This document shows positions 56,476-57,845 of a stretch of 57,845 bases of DNA, piece after piece. This DNA comes from a virus (Duplodnaviria; Caudoviricetes): IMG/VR virus record IMGVR_UViG_3300026518_000668, positions 1 to 57,845 of that record; one strand, 5' to 3'. The notes beneath the pieces are model-generated. The model did not search any database and was not told the DNA's origin. It was given only the letters and a program-made list of their open reading frames with translations. Every line of letters starts with the position of its first letter. Position 1 is the stretch's first letter. A program made the translations under genes and the position numbers.

Positions 56476-56709
56476 ATGGCAAAAGTCATTACGCATAACA
56501 GTATCAACATGCCCCGGCTGATGGAGGCCGGGGAGTACCGCAAGCTGCGCTATGCTGGGAAGGAGCCCAGCTTGCAGAAGCTGAAAAAGTGGATCGACGA
56601 GGGTGTCGTTGTGGGCGAGATTAAGGGTGGCGTGTACTTCGTGGATCTGCAGGCCGAGTTGCTGGGGTCCGATGACGAGCTGCTGGCCAAGATGGTTCAG
56701 GTGGCGTAA
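56476..56709 (+). CDS. Excisionase-like winged-helix protein
   Basis: PSLQKLKKWIDEG...G...GGVYFVD; TAATG overlap with the integrase. Confidence 0.65.
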   Translation: MAKVITHNSINMPRLMEAGEYRKLRYAGKEPSLQKLKKWIDEGVVVGEIKGGVYFVDLQAELLGSDDELLAKMVQVA

Positions 56710-57845
56710 TGGCTCCCCGCAAACGCACGGTCACAAATCGGGACCTGCCCCCGAACCTGTACCCAAACGGCAAATACTGGCAGTACCGCAACCCTATCAC
56801 TGGAAAGAAGACCAGCATCAATCGGCCACTGGCCGATGCCATCAAGTTAGCCCGGGCGGCGAACGCCAAGTTATTGCCGCTGGCCGCCGATGAAAAGCTG
56901 TTACGGGCAATCACCGGAGAGCAGGCGCCTACAGTGCAGCACCTGATCGAGCGGTTCGATATCGAGTGGCTTGCCGGCCGCAAGCTGGCCGAGTCTACGC
57001 GCAAAGAAATCCGCATCAAGCTCGCCCGGTACATCAAGGAGCTCGGCAAGCGCATGATCGGGCAGCTTGACGTGCTCGCCATGGCTGAATACCTCGACCA
57101 GTTCCAGAACAACGCCTACACAAAGCACCGCGGCTTGTGGGTACAGGTGTGCGCGTTTGGCGTGGCCAAGGGCCTGATGGAGCGCAACGTGGCCGAGCTG
57201 ACCCTGGTTAAGAAGGAGGCCGAGAAGGTGCGCCGGCGCCACACCAAAGAGGGCGTCGAGAAGATATTGGCAGCCGACACCACCCCGCCCTGGCTGAAAC
57301 TGGCGATTCGGCTGGCCCTCCTGTCGTTGCAGCGCCGCGAGGACTTGGTCACATGGGAGCGGTCAGCCGTCGACCTGGAGGCAAATACCATCAGGCTAAG
57401 CCCGGGCAAGACCGAAAACTACACCAGCCCCATCCACCTTGAGATTGAAATGGGGGCCGACCTGCGCCAGGTGGTGCGCGAGTGCATGGCGGTGCCGATC
57501 GCAAGCCCGTTCCTGCTGTGCTACCGCCCCAGGGCGCGCAAGCGCGAGCAAATCGAAGCCAAGGCGCACTGGTCTGCCATTACGGATGACTACCTGACCA
57601 AAGAGTTCGCCAAAGCCAGAGACGCCTGCCGCGCCTACGACGACATTGCCGAAAAGCGGGCCCGCCCATCAGTGCACGAACTGCGGGCGCTGGGTGCCTG
57701 GCTGTACGAGCAGCAGGGTTTCCCGGGTGAGTATGTGCAGGCTCTGATGGGGCATGCTGACGGCAAGATGACGACCTACTACCAGAGTGGTCACGGCGAG
57801 CAGCAGGTCGAATACGTGAGGGTATCTGCAGGGTTAAAACTTTAA
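56709..57845 (+). CDS. int: Phage integrase (tyrosine recombinase, lambda-like)
   Basis: Arm-binding N-terminus LPPNLY..YWQYRNP.TGK; QRREDL, PGKT, HELR, MGH, TTYY catalytic motifs. Confidence 0.95.
   Translation: MAPRKRTVTNRDLPPNLYPNGKYWQYRNPITGKKTSINRPLADAIKLARAANAKLLPLAADEKLLRAITGEQAPTVQHLIERFDIEWLAGRKLAESTRKEIRIKLARYIKELGKRMIGQLDVLAMAEYLDQFQNNAYTKHRGLWVQVCAFGVAKGLMERNVAELTLVKKEAEKVRRRHTKEGVEKILAADTTPPWLKLAIRLALLSLQRREDLVTWERSAVDLEANTIRLSPGKTENYTSPIHLEIEMGADLRQVVRECMAVPIASPFLLCYRPRARKREQIEAKAHWSAITDDYLTKEFAKARDACRAYDDIAEKRARPSVHELRALGAWLYEQQGFPGEYVQALMGHADGKMTTYYQSGHGEQQVEYVRVSAGLKL

Larger units (their letters stand above)
1..57845. mobile_element. Temperate prophage (lambdoid regulation, podovirus-like virion)
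   Basis: Contiguous lysis, head, packaging, replication, immunity and integration modules; att sites not visible in the window. Confidence 0.95.

Noticed and set aside
1-57845. CRISPR array, tRNA, rRNA, IS elements and att sites
   Set aside because: None recognised by eye; att sites probably lie outside the window because int ends at the last base

Overview
Near-complete temperate prophage with lambdoid regulation and a podovirus-like virion module (N4-gp56-type capsid, portal, PBSX-type terminase, 2.5-kaa PLxRFG/LPD ejection protein). The architecture resembles 933W/F116-type phages. The host is probably a GC-rich gammaproteobacterium such as Pseudomonadaceae (inferred from CsrA, RdgC and composition). 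From left to right: tail fibre and lysis genes, head and ejection genes, packaging genes (all minus strand, 0.4-35.4 kb); nin-like region with a second tyrosine recombinase; replication O/P, cII, cro, cI (36-41.6 kb); long pL early operon (Gp49, CsrA, RdgC, two DNA methyltransferases), then xis-like gene and integrase ending at the window edge. The att sites are not visible. Main unexplained signals: (1) five copies of a putative late-promoter motif CCTGTAGGGTT-N22-nACnnT in front of the late gene blocks; (2) a C5 methyltransferase with two overlapping reading frames joined by a G15 tract; (3) a secreted moron ending in the same SGLFDDL peptide that begins the giant ejection protein; (4) a moron flanked by 51-bp direct repeats; (5) an OOP-like antisense RNA. 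All family names come from motif recognition by eye, not database searches.
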